Shown: one piece after another, positions 47,541 to 55,641 of the stretch | How positions within the stretch are numbered: position 1 is the first letter of the stretch | Layout of the letters: every line of letters starts with the position of its first letter | NCBI GenBank assembly: GCA_903837175.1 | Contig: CAILTR010000101.1 | Coordinates: 1 to 57,358, forward strand | DNA length: 57,358 nucleotides | Source: an uncultured bacterium | Lineage (GTDB): Bacteria > Patescibacteriota > Minisyncoccia > Moranbacterales > GWC2-37-73 | Direction: 5' to 3' | Program-made: the position numbers and the translations under genes | Notes under the pieces: model-generated | Seen by the model: only the letters and a program-made list of their open reading frames with translations | Told to the model about the DNA's origin: nothing | Database searches by the model: none

Positions 47541-47568
47541 CTTTTTAATTATTATATTTTTTATGCAT

Positions 47569-48174
47569 ATGAATAAAAAAGTTTGGTATTCAATAATTGT
47601 AATTGGGGTGGTGGCAAGTCTTGCCATTGGCGGAACTTATGCTTATTTTACTGCAACTAGAACAACCAGTGCTAATAAGTTTACTGCTGGGACCTTAGAT
47701 CTTAATGTGGCTGCAAGTACCGGGGAGCTTACTCCCTTTGTGATTGAAAATATGGGGGAGGGAACGAATATTAGTGGGACAAAGACTTGGACCATTAAAA
47801 ATACTGGGTCTTTGCCGGGACGCTTACTTTTAAATTTACAAAATGTAGTTAATTCTGAAAATGGTTGCAATGACCAAGAGAAGACTGCTGATCCGACTTG
47901 CGATACGGCTAGTAAAGAGGGTGACCTCGGCAAAGTGGTGAATCTGAAAATTAAGCTTGGTGACGTAGATAAGGTAAGTTCAACGCTGGCAGCTGACCAA
48001 CAAGCAAAGATTGGAACTGACTGGGCAGCTTTGGAACCAATCATTTTACAGCCGAGTGAACAAAAAACTGTAACTGCTTATTGGACAACTGATGAGAGTT
48101 CATACGGAAATGAAATTCAAAGTGATGCTGTTCAATTCGATATTAACTTTCGTTTAGTCCAATTAATTAAATAG
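47569..48174 (+). CDS. TasA/camelysin-like secreted subunit 1 with SipW-cognate signal peptide
   Basis: MNKKVWYSIIVIGVVASLAIGGTYAYFTATRTTSANKFTAGTLDL matches the TasA/CalY N-terminal signature; IKNTGSLPG and C-terminal QFDINFRLVQ blocks. Confidence 0.8.
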   Translation: MNKKVWYSIIVIGVVASLAIGGTYAYFTATRTTSANKFTAGTLDLNVAASTGELTPFVIENMGEGTNISGTKTWTIKNTGSLPGRLLLNLQNVVNSENGCNDQEKTADPTCDTASKEGDLGKVVNLKIKLGDVDKVSSTLAADQQAKIGTDWAALEPIILQPSEQKTVTAYWTTDESSYGNEIQSDAVQFDINFRLVQLIK

Positions 48175-48238
48175 GGGTTAGCTAGTGTAATCTTTTTTAG
48201 CGCGAGCTTCCTGCATAAATAAGCAAACAAAAGAAGGA

Positions 48239-48270
48239 AAAATAAGGCAACCCTGGCGTTGTCTTATTTT
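48239..48270 (+). terminator. intra-operon hairpin with T-run after TasA-like subunit 1
   Basis: AAATAAGGCAAC-CCTGGC-GTTGTCTTATTTT. Confidence 0.5.
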
Positions 48271-48283
48271 CATAAAAAATAAA

Positions 48284-48787
48284 ATGAAAGTGATTAAAGT
48301 TATTTTTAGTGGTTTAAAGCTTCTTATTGTACTTAGTATCTTACCGTTAGTAGTTTTTGCGATTAGTTCGCATTTTAATGAACAGAGTAATTATCGTCCC
48401 TTCTTAGTACAATCTGGTTCGATGGAGCCAGCTGTTATGACGGGAGATATTATTGTGATTCAACGTAAGGATACCTATGCGATTAATGAGGTGGTGACCT
48501 TTAGGAGTGATAATGATAAGTTGGTTACCCATCGGATCGTAGACGTGCAGCTAGGTTCGAATAAGCAGTACCTTACCAAAGGAGATGCTAATCGAACTGA
48601 GGACAAAGCTATTATTTCAGATAGTCAAATCGTAGGAAAAGTTTTTCTAGTTTTGCCAAAGCTGGGTTACTTCGTAGCCTTTGCCCAATCCCAACGAGGT
48701 TTAATTTTTCTGTTAATCATCCCAGCGGTAGTTTTAATTTTAGATGAAATTTTGAAAATCAAGAAAAATGTCAAAAACAGGGATTAG
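48284..48787 (+). CDS. SipW-type (archaeal/ER-type, S26B) signal peptidase I, copy 1
   Basis: 167 aa; boxes SGSMEP, GDIIVI, VTHRIV, TKGDANRTED; N- and C-terminal TM segments. Confidence 0.85.
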   Translation: MKVIKVIFSGLKLLIVLSILPLVVFAISSHFNEQSNYRPFLVQSGSMEPAVMTGDIIVIQRKDTYAINEVVTFRSDNDKLVTHRIVDVQLGSNKQYLTKGDANRTEDKAIISDSQIVGKVFLVLPKLGYFVAFAQSQRGLIFLLIIPAVVLILDEILKIKKNVKNRD

Positions 48788-49352
48788 GAAAGTAGCAATC
48801 TTTTTAATGCTATTTTATATTTTTTTAAATCAGACCGGGTATACGACCGCGGATATTTTTGCCGAGAGAATTGTCAGGCAAAATAAATTTTCCGCCACCA
48901 CGCTTGATTTTTCTACAAGAAACTCCTTTAATAATGCCTCCGCCAGTAGTCTTTTTCGAACTTTGGGTCTAGCGTCCGGAGGCTTTGATCTTGGAGCACT
49001 TAAATTAAAATTAGAAACTAAGGGTAAAACTAAATATCAATTGAGTTTCGAGAGAACTAACGGTGACGAGGTTTTTTGCAGTCGCTTAACAGTTAAAGTT
49101 TTAGATAGCCAACTGCATGAATTTTATCAAGGTCCGCTCGTTAAACTTGCGCTAAATGAAACGGTGGCGAACGTAGCTGATGCTCAGAACTTTATTTTTT
49201 TTATTGGACTTGACGAGCAAGCAGCCGAACTGAAAAATAAGATTTGTGAGTTTAACTTTAAATTTAAAACTTATCGTGAGAGTCCAACTGAAAAAGGGGG
49301 GATTTTTGCGCAACGCTTGATTGGTAATGTTGTTTCGAGTGGCAGTTGGTAA
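48768..49352 (+). CDS. TasA-like secreted subunit 2 (divergent)
   Basis: 194 aa; signal-anchor then TTADIFAERIVRQNKFSATTLDFS, parallel to the subunit 1 signature; overlaps peptidase 1 by 20 nt. Confidence 0.6.
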   Translation: MSKTGIRKVAIFLMLFYIFLNQTGYTTADIFAERIVRQNKFSATTLDFSTRNSFNNASASSLFRTLGLASGGFDLGALKLKLETKGKTKYQLSFERTNGDEVFCSRLTVKVLDSQLHEFYQGPLVKLALNETVANVADAQNFIFFIGLDEQAAELKNKICEFNFKFKTYRESPTEKGGIFAQRLIGNVVSSGSW

Positions 49353-49403
49353 ATTCGGGAAAAAAGCCTATACTGAATTTAGGCTTTGTAAAAAAATAAA
49401 AAT

Positions 49404-49925
49404 ATGTTACACGAGCGGATAGAAAAATATTTAAATTCTCGCTGGTATGCTTTTTTTCTGCCTTTTTATTGTATTTTTGTTATTTTGATAATTATTTTTT
49501 CGGCCGATATTCCTGGACCATTTCACAGTTTAACTAATAATATTTCAGATTCAATGGATCCAGTTATTAACCGGAATAGTTTGACTATTGTTAAAAGTGT
49601 TTCAGCGTATAAGGTGGCTGATATTATCGCTTATTATAGCTTAGTTGCTGGTCGAACTGAGCTTATTACGCATCGAATCGTTAGTATTGGCGGTAATGTT
49701 TACACCACAAAGGGTGACGCGAATGAAGTTGCTGATCGTGAGTTAGTTCCTCCAAGGCTGGTTATGGGAAAAGTGATTTTAATTATTCCCTTTCTGGGGC
49801 TATTTATTTCAATAGTGAAGAGCTTCTGGGGGACTTGGTTTTTTATTATCCTGCCAGCTCTGCTAATTATTTCTTTTGAGGGAATTCGGATTATTTTGGA
49901 GTTGGAAAAAAACAGTAGAGATTAA
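49404..49925 (+). CDS. SipW-type signal peptidase I, copy 2 (divergent)
   Basis: 173 aa; boxes SDSMDP, ITHRIV, TKGDANEVADRE; same TM topology as copy 1. Confidence 0.75.
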   Translation: MLHERIEKYLNSRWYAFFLPFYCIFVILIIIFSADIPGPFHSLTNNISDSMDPVINRNSLTIVKSVSAYKVADIIAYYSLVAGRTELITHRIVSIGGNVYTTKGDANEVADRELVPPRLVMGKVILIIPFLGLFISIVKSFWGTWFFIILPALLIISFEGIRIILELEKNSRD

Positions 49926-49947
49926 ATTTATTTAGTCTTAACATTGC

Positions 49948-49981
49948 TAAAAACCCGACCTTTAAAGGTCGGGTTTTTTTA
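49948..49981. terminator. bidirectional terminator between SipW copy 2 and efp
   Basis: AAAAACCCGACC-TTTAAA-GGTCGGGTTTTTTT. Confidence 0.85.
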
Positions 49982-49999
49982 TCTGGTATTTTCTAAGAG

Positions 50000-50030
50000 C
50001 TAATGAAGCTAAAAGCTATAAGCTAGTCTC
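50000..50030 (-). repeat. AGCTTTTAGCTTC-type 3' trailer (after efp)
   Basis: Sense strand GAGACTAGCTTATAGCTTTTAGCTTCATTAGCTC directly after the efp stop. Confidence 0.7.
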
Positions 50031-50588
50031 TTAGGCTCTGGAAACGTATTCGCCTTTCTCAGTGTTGATAATAAGTTTGTCACCTTCGTTGATGAAAAGT
50101 GGCGTAGAAACTTTTAGTCCTGTTTCCATCACCACAACTTTGCCGCCAGTGCCGGAAGTGTCGCCCTTGATTCCTGGGGGAGCTTCAACGACAGTCAGGG
50201 TTACTTTAATTGGAAGCTCAATATTAACAGGGATATCGTTAAAATTAAGTACCGTCACTTCGGTTCCTTCAAGTAAATAAAGGGGCGCGTTGCCAATGGT
50301 TTCTTTTGAAAGGGAAAACTGATCATAAGAAGCCATATCCATAAAAACAAAACCATCTTGCTCAGCGTAAAGATATTGAGCTTTTGATTTTGACATATCC
50401 GCTTCATCGGCTTTGTCGCTACCGTTGAAAGTTTTTTCCAAAACACTTCCGTTGAGCAAATTTTTAAGCTTAGTGCGAAGCACCGCTCCGGCGCGTCCGG
50501 TTTTAGAATGTTCCGCCGAGAGAACAACGTAGGGCTGGTCTTCCCAGAGAATATTTTTCCCGCATTTGATATCACTTAGTCCTAGCAT
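50031..50588 (-). CDS. efp: elongation factor P
   Basis: 185 aa; EF-P motifs (SKTGRAGAVLRTKLKN, VEAPPGIKGDT). Confidence 0.95.
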   Translation of the reverse strand: MLGLSDIKCGKNILWEDQPYVVLSAEHSKTGRAGAVLRTKLKNLLNGSVLEKTFNGSDKADEADMSKSKAQYLYAEQDGFVFMDMASYDQFSLSKETIGNAPLYLLEGTEVTVLNFNDIPVNIELPIKVTLTVVEAPPGIKGDTSGTGGKVVVMETGLKVSTPLFINEGDKLIINTEKGEYVSRA

Positions 50589-50688
50589 GAAGATTTTGTC
50601 ACTAATCGACTCGAATATTATCTCAAATATTCACGAATGATTAGAGAATATTAGCGAAAAATTAGTGATTGATTCGCGATTTAGATTC
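50589..50688 (-). repeat. CACTAAT/ATTCGTGA/ATTCGAG-type leader (before efp)
   Basis: Fills the rpsR-efp spacer; divergent member of the family seen before ssb and rpsF. Confidence 0.7.
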
Positions 50689-50895
50689 TTATTTAACGAC
50701 AAATGGTGCTAGGGCCATAACGCGAGCGCGTTTAATAGCTTGCGCGAGGGTGCGTTGATGCTTAGTGCAAGTTCCATGTCTCTTGGGAGGATAAATCTTT
50801 CCTTGAGAATTCATAAAACGACGAATTAGATAAGCATCTTTGTAATCAATCTTGTCCATCTTTTGATCACAGAAATAGCAAGTTTTCTTTTCCAT
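50689..50895 (-). CDS. rpsR: 30S ribosomal protein S18
   Basis: 68 aa; DYKDAYLIRRFMNSQGKIYPPKRHGTCTKHQR. Confidence 0.95.
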   Translation of the reverse strand: MEKKTCYFCDQKMDKIDYKDAYLIRRFMNSQGKIYPPKRHGTCTKHQRTLAQAIKRARVMALAPFVVK

Positions 50896-50902
50896 AATAA
50901 TT

Positions 50903-50948
50903 AGTTATAAAGTTTATAAAGTTTATAAAGTTATAAAGTTTATAAAGT
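50903..50948 (-). repeat. CTTTATAAA-type 5' leader words (before rpsR)
   Basis: Sense strand CTTTATAAACTTTATAACTTTATAAACTTTATAAACTTTATAAC ends 8 nt before the rpsR ATG. Confidence 0.8.
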
Positions 50949-51025
50949 GTCCAAGTGGAAATCCTTTTTATGAACTTTCCACTTTTAACTTTATGAACTT
51001 GTTTTAAAAATTATTAAAATAATTT

Positions 51026-51514
51026 TTAAAAGGGTACATCTTCGAGTCTGACTTCGTCGCTTTCCTCATCAAGGTTGATAGTTGGGATAGCTTCTTCTTG
51101 GGTTGGGGCAGTTCTATTGGCTGGAGCCACTGGTGCTTGCTGGGGCGCTGGGCGTTGATAACCTCCACCACCTTGACCGGCGCCTTGGGCGCGAGAACCC
51201 ATTTGCATGTTTTCAGCTACAATGTCGGTTACTTTTTTCTCAAGACCATCCTTACCCGTATAAGAACGGGTTTCAAGGCGTCCCTCGAAGTAAGCTTCTT
51301 GACCCTTAGTTAGGTATTGTCCAGCAATTTCAGCTAGACGTCCCCAAATAACAATGTTGTGAAATTCACTTTTCTCTTGTTTTTGGCCGGCTTTATCCAT
51401 CCAGGTTCGATTCGTTGCTAAACCAATAGTGGCAACAGTCTGCCCTGAAGTTGTTGTGCGAATTTCAGGGTCTCTTGTGAGGCGTCCAATGAGTTGAACT
51501 TTGTTTAAATTCAT
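51026..51514 (-). CDS. ssb: single-stranded DNA-binding protein
   Basis: 162 aa; OB fold, Gly/Pro/Gln-rich linker, acidic tip ending DVPF. Confidence 0.95.
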   Translation of the reverse strand: MNLNKVQLIGRLTRDPEIRTTTSGQTVATIGLATNRTWMDKAGQKQEKSEFHNIVIWGRLAEIAGQYLTKGQEAYFEGRLETRSYTGKDGLEKKVTDIVAENMQMGSRAQGAGQGGGGYQRPAPQQAPVAPANRTAPTQEEAIPTINLDEESDEVRLEDVPF

Positions 51515-51619
51515 GAGGATTGTTATCGCTAATCTTCCCGAATCAAGTCTCGAATTATCTCGAATAGATTATTCGTGATCATTAGTGAAAAAATTAGTGA
51601 CTGATTAGTGTTTATATCC
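51515..51619 (-). repeat. CACTAAT/ATTCGTGA/ATTCGAG-type leader (before ssb)
   Basis: ~75-nt block CCCGAAT..TCGAATTATCTCGAAT..ATTCGTGAT.ATTAGTGA..AAATTAGTG..GATTAGTG shared with 52232-52330. Confidence 0.85.
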
Positions 51620-52231
51620 TTAGATGTTTAGCAGTTCATCAAGTTGCTTATCAATATCTTTGGGAGTTTCCTTCATAATCTCTTTAGCGATTTCTTTTTT
51701 CTCAAGCTCTTTGACAACTTCTACTTTTTCAACTTTTGGGGTAGCGACTATTGGCTTTGGAGCCACTGCGACTGGGGTAGGCGTAGTTCGCGTTGGTTTT
51801 ACGAATTGTCTTGGAATTTCTCTTTTTTCACTTCGTTGCGGTCGGATTGCTTCTGGACGTTGAGTTTTTAGCTCTTGGGCTTTGCGACGTTCTTTAGCTC
51901 CAAGCTCAGGCAGGTCTTCAGTTTTCACAATTAAAAATCTCAAAACATCGCTAGTCAAATTCAATTTATTGTTAATAGCAGAAATTCCAAATTCTTTTTC
52001 GCCATTTTTTTCATCTGCCCAAAAATCAATGTCTTCCAATTCAAAACGACGGGTAACATAAGTTCCCTTGTTTTGGTGCTTGATTTCATAGGACAATTTT
52101 CTCTTTTCAGTTAGTTCTGGTTCAAGGAGCTTGGCTCCTTCTGCGACTAACATTGTGCTTACACCTGCTCGAATTGTTTCGAGATTTGGTTCCTGGTTTT
52201 GTCCAACGAGGTAGAACAGTTCGTACTGCAT
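51620..52231 (-). CDS. rpsF: 30S ribosomal protein S6 with long C-terminal extension
   Basis: N-terminal ~110 aa are S6-like (YELFYLV ... KRKLSYEIKHQNKGTYV); ~90-aa K/E/P/T-rich tail; rpsF-ssb-rpsR order. Confidence 0.85.
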   Translation of the reverse strand: MQYELFYLVGQNQEPNLETIRAGVSTMLVAEGAKLLEPELTEKRKLSYEIKHQNKGTYVTRRFELEDIDFWADEKNGEKEFGISAINNKLNLTSDVLRFLIVKTEDLPELGAKERRKAQELKTQRPEAIRPQRSEKREIPRQFVKPTRTTPTPVAVAPKPIVATPKVEKVEVVKELEKKEIAKEIMKETPKDIDKQLDELLNI

Positions 52232-52330
52232 GGATTGAATTCACGAATCGACCCGAATTTAGCTCGAATTATCTCGAATGAATTCGTGATTATTAGTGAG
52301 TAAATTAGTGTGGATTAGTGATTTATTTAC
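52232..52330 (-). repeat. CACTAAT/ATTCGTGA/ATTCGAG-type leader (before rpsF)
   Basis: Same ~75-nt block as the ssb leader; TCACGAAT (52241-52248) can pair with ATTCGTGA (52283-52290). Confidence 0.85.
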
Positions 52331-52331
52331 A

Positions 52332-52434
52332 TAAAAAGAGCCACCAAGCAAGAAAAATCCTGCTTCTAGTGGAAGCTTTCCAGCCTATCCACTTTTGGCT
52401 TAGTGGCGGGCTAAATTTGGACTTTCTTAGTTGT
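52332..52434 (-). ncRNA. candidate ~100-nt structured leader or small RNA upstream of rpsF
   Basis: Starts after promoter 52441-52469; closing stem GCCAC.AAGC/GCTT.GTGGC (52340-52349/52398-52407) encloses two hairpins (one with a GGAA loop), then a T-run. Confidence 0.3.
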
Positions 52435-52440
52435 ATTAAG

Positions 52441-52469
52441 AGTGTAGCAGATATTTACTCAGCAGTCAA
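52441..52469 (-). promoter_or_regulatory. promoter upstream of the rpsF operon leader
   Basis: TTGACT-17 nt-TACACT on the minus strand. Confidence 0.5.
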
Positions 52470-52514
52470 TGCTTTCTAAACCGTTTGTGTTTTAATCTCG
52501 AATTTTTTTAAAAA

Positions 52515-52543
52515 TTGACATTTTTATTCTTTATTACTAAGAT
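52515..52543 (+). promoter_or_regulatory. promoter of the PpnP-like gene
   Basis: TTGACA-17 nt-TAAGAT. Confidence 0.55.
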
Positions 52544-52590
52544 ACTAGAGCCTTGTAATAGTACATTAACCTTAGACTGGAGTTGATACT

Positions 52591-52890
52591 ATGGAAATAG
52601 TTCATGCAGGAATAATTATACCGAAAGTTTATGCTGAAAAAAGAATGCGTAGCTTTCAATTCTTAAACAGCTATGGGCAAAAAGAAGCTATTGGTGTGAT
52701 AATGCCATACTGTTATGATTTAGGCTTAGCAACTAGTAAAAGAACAATACTGATAACAAGTGGAGCGTTGACCGATAGTGTAAGCAAGTATGTTTATACG
52801 CCAGATGGTGCACCTTTGATTTTTAAGGCGGGTGAACACATTATTTTTGAATGTAGCAAGCCAGTCACTTACCGTTGTTTGTATGGGTAG
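52591..52890 (+). CDS. ppnP: PpnP/DUF1255-like small cupin (pyrimidine/purine nucleoside phosphorylase family)
   Basis: 99 aa; IGVIM ... ITSGAL ... KAGEHIIFECSKPVTYRCLY parallels E. coli YaiE/PpnP (recalled from memory); own promoter and terminator. Confidence 0.5.
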   Translation: MEIVHAGIIIPKVYAEKRMRSFQFLNSYGQKEAIGVIMPYCYDLGLATSKRTILITSGALTDSVSKYVYTPDGAPLIFKAGEHIIFECSKPVTYRCLYG

Positions 52891-52917
52891 ATAACACTCT
52901 CCCTAGTACATTTTTAT

Positions 52918-52953
52918 CATCCGATACGACCTTGGGTTGCATCGGATGTTTTT
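52918..52953 (+). terminator. terminator of the PpnP-like gene
   Basis: CATCCGAT-loop-ATCGGATG then TTTTT. Confidence 0.75.
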
Positions 52954-52997
52954 ATAAATAGTAACATTTGATAAAATAAGTATAGAAAAATATTTTT

Positions 52998-54956
52998 ATG
53001 CAATTTGAAATAATTTCAAGTCATAATCCAGCGGGCGACCAACCACGGGCGATTGCAGATTTGGTGGATGGTCTGAAAGGTCGAGAGAAATTTCAGACGC
53101 TTTTGGGCGTGACCGGGAGTGGAAAAACTTTTACGATTGCTAATGTGATTGCCCAAGTTCAAAAGCCTACCTTAGTAATGGCCCCGAATAAAACTTTGGC
53201 TGCCCAACTCGTGCAGGAATTTCGAACTTTTTTCCCGAAAAATGCGGTAGAATATTTTGTTTCTTATTATGATTATTACCAGCCAGAAGCCTATATCGCC
53301 TCCACGGATACTTTTATTGAAAAAGAAACTCAGATTAACGAGGAAATTGATCGTTTGAGGCATGCGGCTACGAGCGCGCTTCTCTCGCGACGGGACGTAA
53401 TTATCGTGGCTTCGGTTTCTTGTATTTATGGTTTGGGCTCTCCTGATTATTATCGTGAAGGTACGGTTGAAGTTGAGGTTGGGAAAAAAATGAAGCGCGA
53501 GGAAATTATGCAGGGGATGGTGAATATGCAATATCAACGTAGTGACGTCTTGGCGCGAGGAAAATTTCGAGTCACAGGCGACACGCTTGAGGTGATGACG
53601 CCTGGGCGAGAAGTGATTGTCAGGATTGAACTCGGTGGCGGTGAAGTAAAAAAAATAGTTGAATTTGATTTTTTGACAGGGGAAAAATTGGCTGAGTTGG
53701 AGCGAACCTTAATTTTTCCAGCTAAACATTTTGTCGTTCCGCAAATGGTCATGGAAGAAGCGTTGGGCGAAATTCAGGCTGAGATGGAGGCGCGGGTAAA
53801 AGATTTGAAAAAGGATAATAAATTGATTGAGGCAGAAAGAATTTTTCGTCGGACTCGTCAGGACTTAGAGATGATGCGGGAAGTTGGTTTTTGCAATGGG
53901 ATTGAAAATTATTCTAGATTTCTGACGGCGCGTAAAGATGGTGAAGCGCCGTATACCCTAATCGATTATTTCCCGAAGGATTTTTTAATGGTGGTGGATG
54001 AGTCGCATGTGACGATTCCACAAGTTCGAGCGATGTACGCTGGCGATCAAGCTAGGAAAACAGCGCTGATTGAAAATGGTTTTCGTTTGCCGAGCGCGCT
54101 AGATAATCGTCCGCTGAAGTTTGAAGAATTTGAAGCTAGGATTAATCAAATGATTTTTACCTCGGCTACGCCGTCAGTTTATGAAAAAGAGCATTCCACT
54201 AAAATTACTCAGCAGATTATTCGTCCAACTGGACTGCTTGATCCACAATTAGAAATCAAACCCGCGCAAGGACAAGTAAAAGATGTTTTTCGAGAGATTG
54301 AAAAAGTAGTTATCAATAAGGAACGGGTTTTAATTACCACTCTGACGAAAAAGATGGTCGAGGATTTGTCTGAGTTTTTAAAGGAGCAAGGTATCGCGAC
54401 GGAATATTTACATTCTGACGTGGACACTTTGGACCGCGTGCGAATTTTGGAAGGTTTGCGACGAGGTGATTTTGATGTGTTGGTGGGAGTCAATCTTTTG
54501 CGCGAAGGTTTGGATTTGCCAGAAGTTTCTTTGGTGGCGATTATGGATGCTGACAAAGAAGGCTTTTTGCGAAGTGAAACCTCACTAATCCAAACAATTG
54601 GACGCGCCGCGCGAAATATTAGCGGACGCGTGATTATGTACGCTGATAAGTTGACTGGCTCAATGACCAGGGCAATTGATGAAACGAATCGTCGCCGCGA
54701 AATTCAAGCTGCTTATAATAAAAAGCATGGTATCACTCCGCAGACAATCAAAAAAAATATTAAATCAATCGTCGATCACGAAATCAACCCATTGCCAACG
54801 CCGGATTTTGCCAAATTGGAATCACTGGAAGATATCGCCGGGTATATTAAAATGAAAGAGAAAGAAATGAAAGACGCTGCCCGAGGCCTTCAATTCGAAA
54901 AGGCCGCCCTCATTCGCGATGAGATTTCGCAGCTGCGGAAAATTCAAATGCGGTGA
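52998..54956 (+). CDS. uvrB: excinuclease ABC subunit B
   Basis: 652 aa; GVTGSGKTF Walker A, DESH box, helicase motifs, C-terminal UVR domain. Confidence 0.97.
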   Translation: MQFEIISSHNPAGDQPRAIADLVDGLKGREKFQTLLGVTGSGKTFTIANVIAQVQKPTLVMAPNKTLAAQLVQEFRTFFPKNAVEYFVSYYDYYQPEAYIASTDTFIEKETQINEEIDRLRHAATSALLSRRDVIIVASVSCIYGLGSPDYYREGTVEVEVGKKMKREEIMQGMVNMQYQRSDVLARGKFRVTGDTLEVMTPGREVIVRIELGGGEVKKIVEFDFLTGEKLAELERTLIFPAKHFVVPQMVMEEALGEIQAEMEARVKDLKKDNKLIEAERIFRRTRQDLEMMREVGFCNGIENYSRFLTARKDGEAPYTLIDYFPKDFLMVVDESHVTIPQVRAMYAGDQARKTALIENGFRLPSALDNRPLKFEEFEARINQMIFTSATPSVYEKEHSTKITQQIIRPTGLLDPQLEIKPAQGQVKDVFREIEKVVINKERVLITTLTKKMVEDLSEFLKEQGIATEYLHSDVDTLDRVRILEGLRRGDFDVLVGVNLLREGLDLPEVSLVAIMDADKEGFLRSETSLIQTIGRAARNISGRVIMYADKLTGSMTRAIDETNRRREIQAAYNKKHGITPQTIKKNIKSIVDHEINPLPTPDFAKLESLEDIAGYIKMKEKEMKDAARGLQFEKAALIRDEISQLRKIQMR

Positions 54957-55055
54957 AAGCGTGGAGCGCAAAACGCATAACGTGAAATGTGAAGAGGGGA
55001 GTGCGAAAAAATACAATTTTAAAAGTTGATTGCAAAAAGTCGCATATGCAAGAAT

Positions 55056-55083
55056 TTGCAATGCCTTTTGGTATTTGTAGAAT
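55056..55083 (+). promoter_or_regulatory. orphan promoter-like element with no downstream ORF
   Basis: TTGCAA-16 nt-TAGAAT followed by palindrome 55087-55112. Confidence 0.4.
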
Positions 55084-55086
55084 CTT

Positions 55087-55112
55087 ATTACAATATTTCA
55101 GTATATTGTAAT
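55087..55112. promoter_or_regulatory. 10-bp-arm palindrome just downstream of the orphan promoter
   Basis: ATTACAATAT-TTCAGT-ATATTGTAAT. Confidence 0.5.
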
Positions 55113-55261
55113 TCTACCTTTCGACCATATATGGAAGAATTTTTTTGATAAGAAAAAGAGCGGGTGGCGCTAGGGTGGTGGGAAGTGAAGTCAAAGGGAA
55201 ATAAGAAAATAAAAAAAGACTCAGGGAGATGAGTCAAATTTGGGGGAAAGGGAAGAAATGA

Positions 55262-55292
55262 AAAAATCCAAAGATAATTTTCTTGGATTTTA
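55262..55292 (-). terminator. terminator of the 48-aa ORF unit
   Basis: Minus strand ATCCAAG-AAAATTAT-CTTTGGAT then TTTTTTC. Confidence 0.55.
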
Positions 55293-55368
55293 ATAAGTTT
55301 TAGTGCTGGCAGCCAGTTCCCGGGTTCTTTCTGGAGAATAAGGGTCTGGCTGTAAGCACAAAAGAGTT

Positions 55369-55515
55369 TCAGACAATCACTGCCGTAATTGCTGGCTCAG
55401 CATCGTCAGGCGGAGCACTTTCTGCAACGTCTTCCACTTCTGGATACAATGGTGCAGTTTCAAGCTCAAACAGGTACTCCTGGACTTTTTTGGAATAGGA
55501 AACATGTGTATGCAT
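55369..55515 (-). CDS. candidate 48-aa acidic small protein
   Basis: ATG 55515 with AAGGTG 5 nt upstream; MHTHVSYSKKVQEYLFELETAPLYPEVEDVAESAPPDDAEPAITAVIV; framed by promoter 55613-55641 and terminator 55262-55292. Confidence 0.35.
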   Translation of the reverse strand: MHTHVSYSKKVQEYLFELETAPLYPEVEDVAESAPPDDAEPAITAVIV

Positions 55516-55579
55516 AAGTCACCTTTTTGAAAATGTGCTGAAATGATTATTTATTTGGAAATTCGAACCAAATAAGTTT

Positions 55580-55611
55580 TTATTATCAAGTAATTTAGTA
55601 CTTGATAATAA
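55580..55611. promoter_or_regulatory. 13-bp-arm palindrome overlapping the predicted start site of the small-ORF transcript
   Basis: TTATTATCAAGTA-ATTTAG-TACTTGATAATAA. Confidence 0.6.
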
Positions 55612-55612
55612 A

Positions 55613-55641
55613 AAGATACTCGTTTCGGTTTTTTTTGTCAA
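55613..55641 (-). promoter_or_regulatory. promoter of the 48-aa ORF unit
   Basis: TTGACA-17 nt-TATCTT on the minus strand; 13-bp-arm palindrome 55580-55611 overlaps the predicted start site. Confidence 0.5.

Noticed and set aside
47521-47568. N-terminal extensions from alternative upstream starts in the ORF track (TTG 47521, TTG 10691, TTG 18313, TTG 41216, GTG 20711, TTG 32381)
   Set aside because: The extensions overlap terminator hairpins or repeat tracts and add non-native-looking residues ahead of clear signal peptides or conserved N-termini. Internal ATG starts are preferred.
52340-52407. SRP (4.5S) RNA
   Set aside because: A GGAA tetraloop and a GAAGCAGG string hinted at SRP domain IV. 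However, the fold is a two-hairpin junction, not the long single helix with the conserved symmetric and asymmetric loops.
55141-55255. G-quadruplex or small coding genes in the purine-rich tract
   Set aside because: Several GGG runs exist but loop lengths are long and irregular. The only ORFs are 10-11 codons. I noted the tract as composition only.
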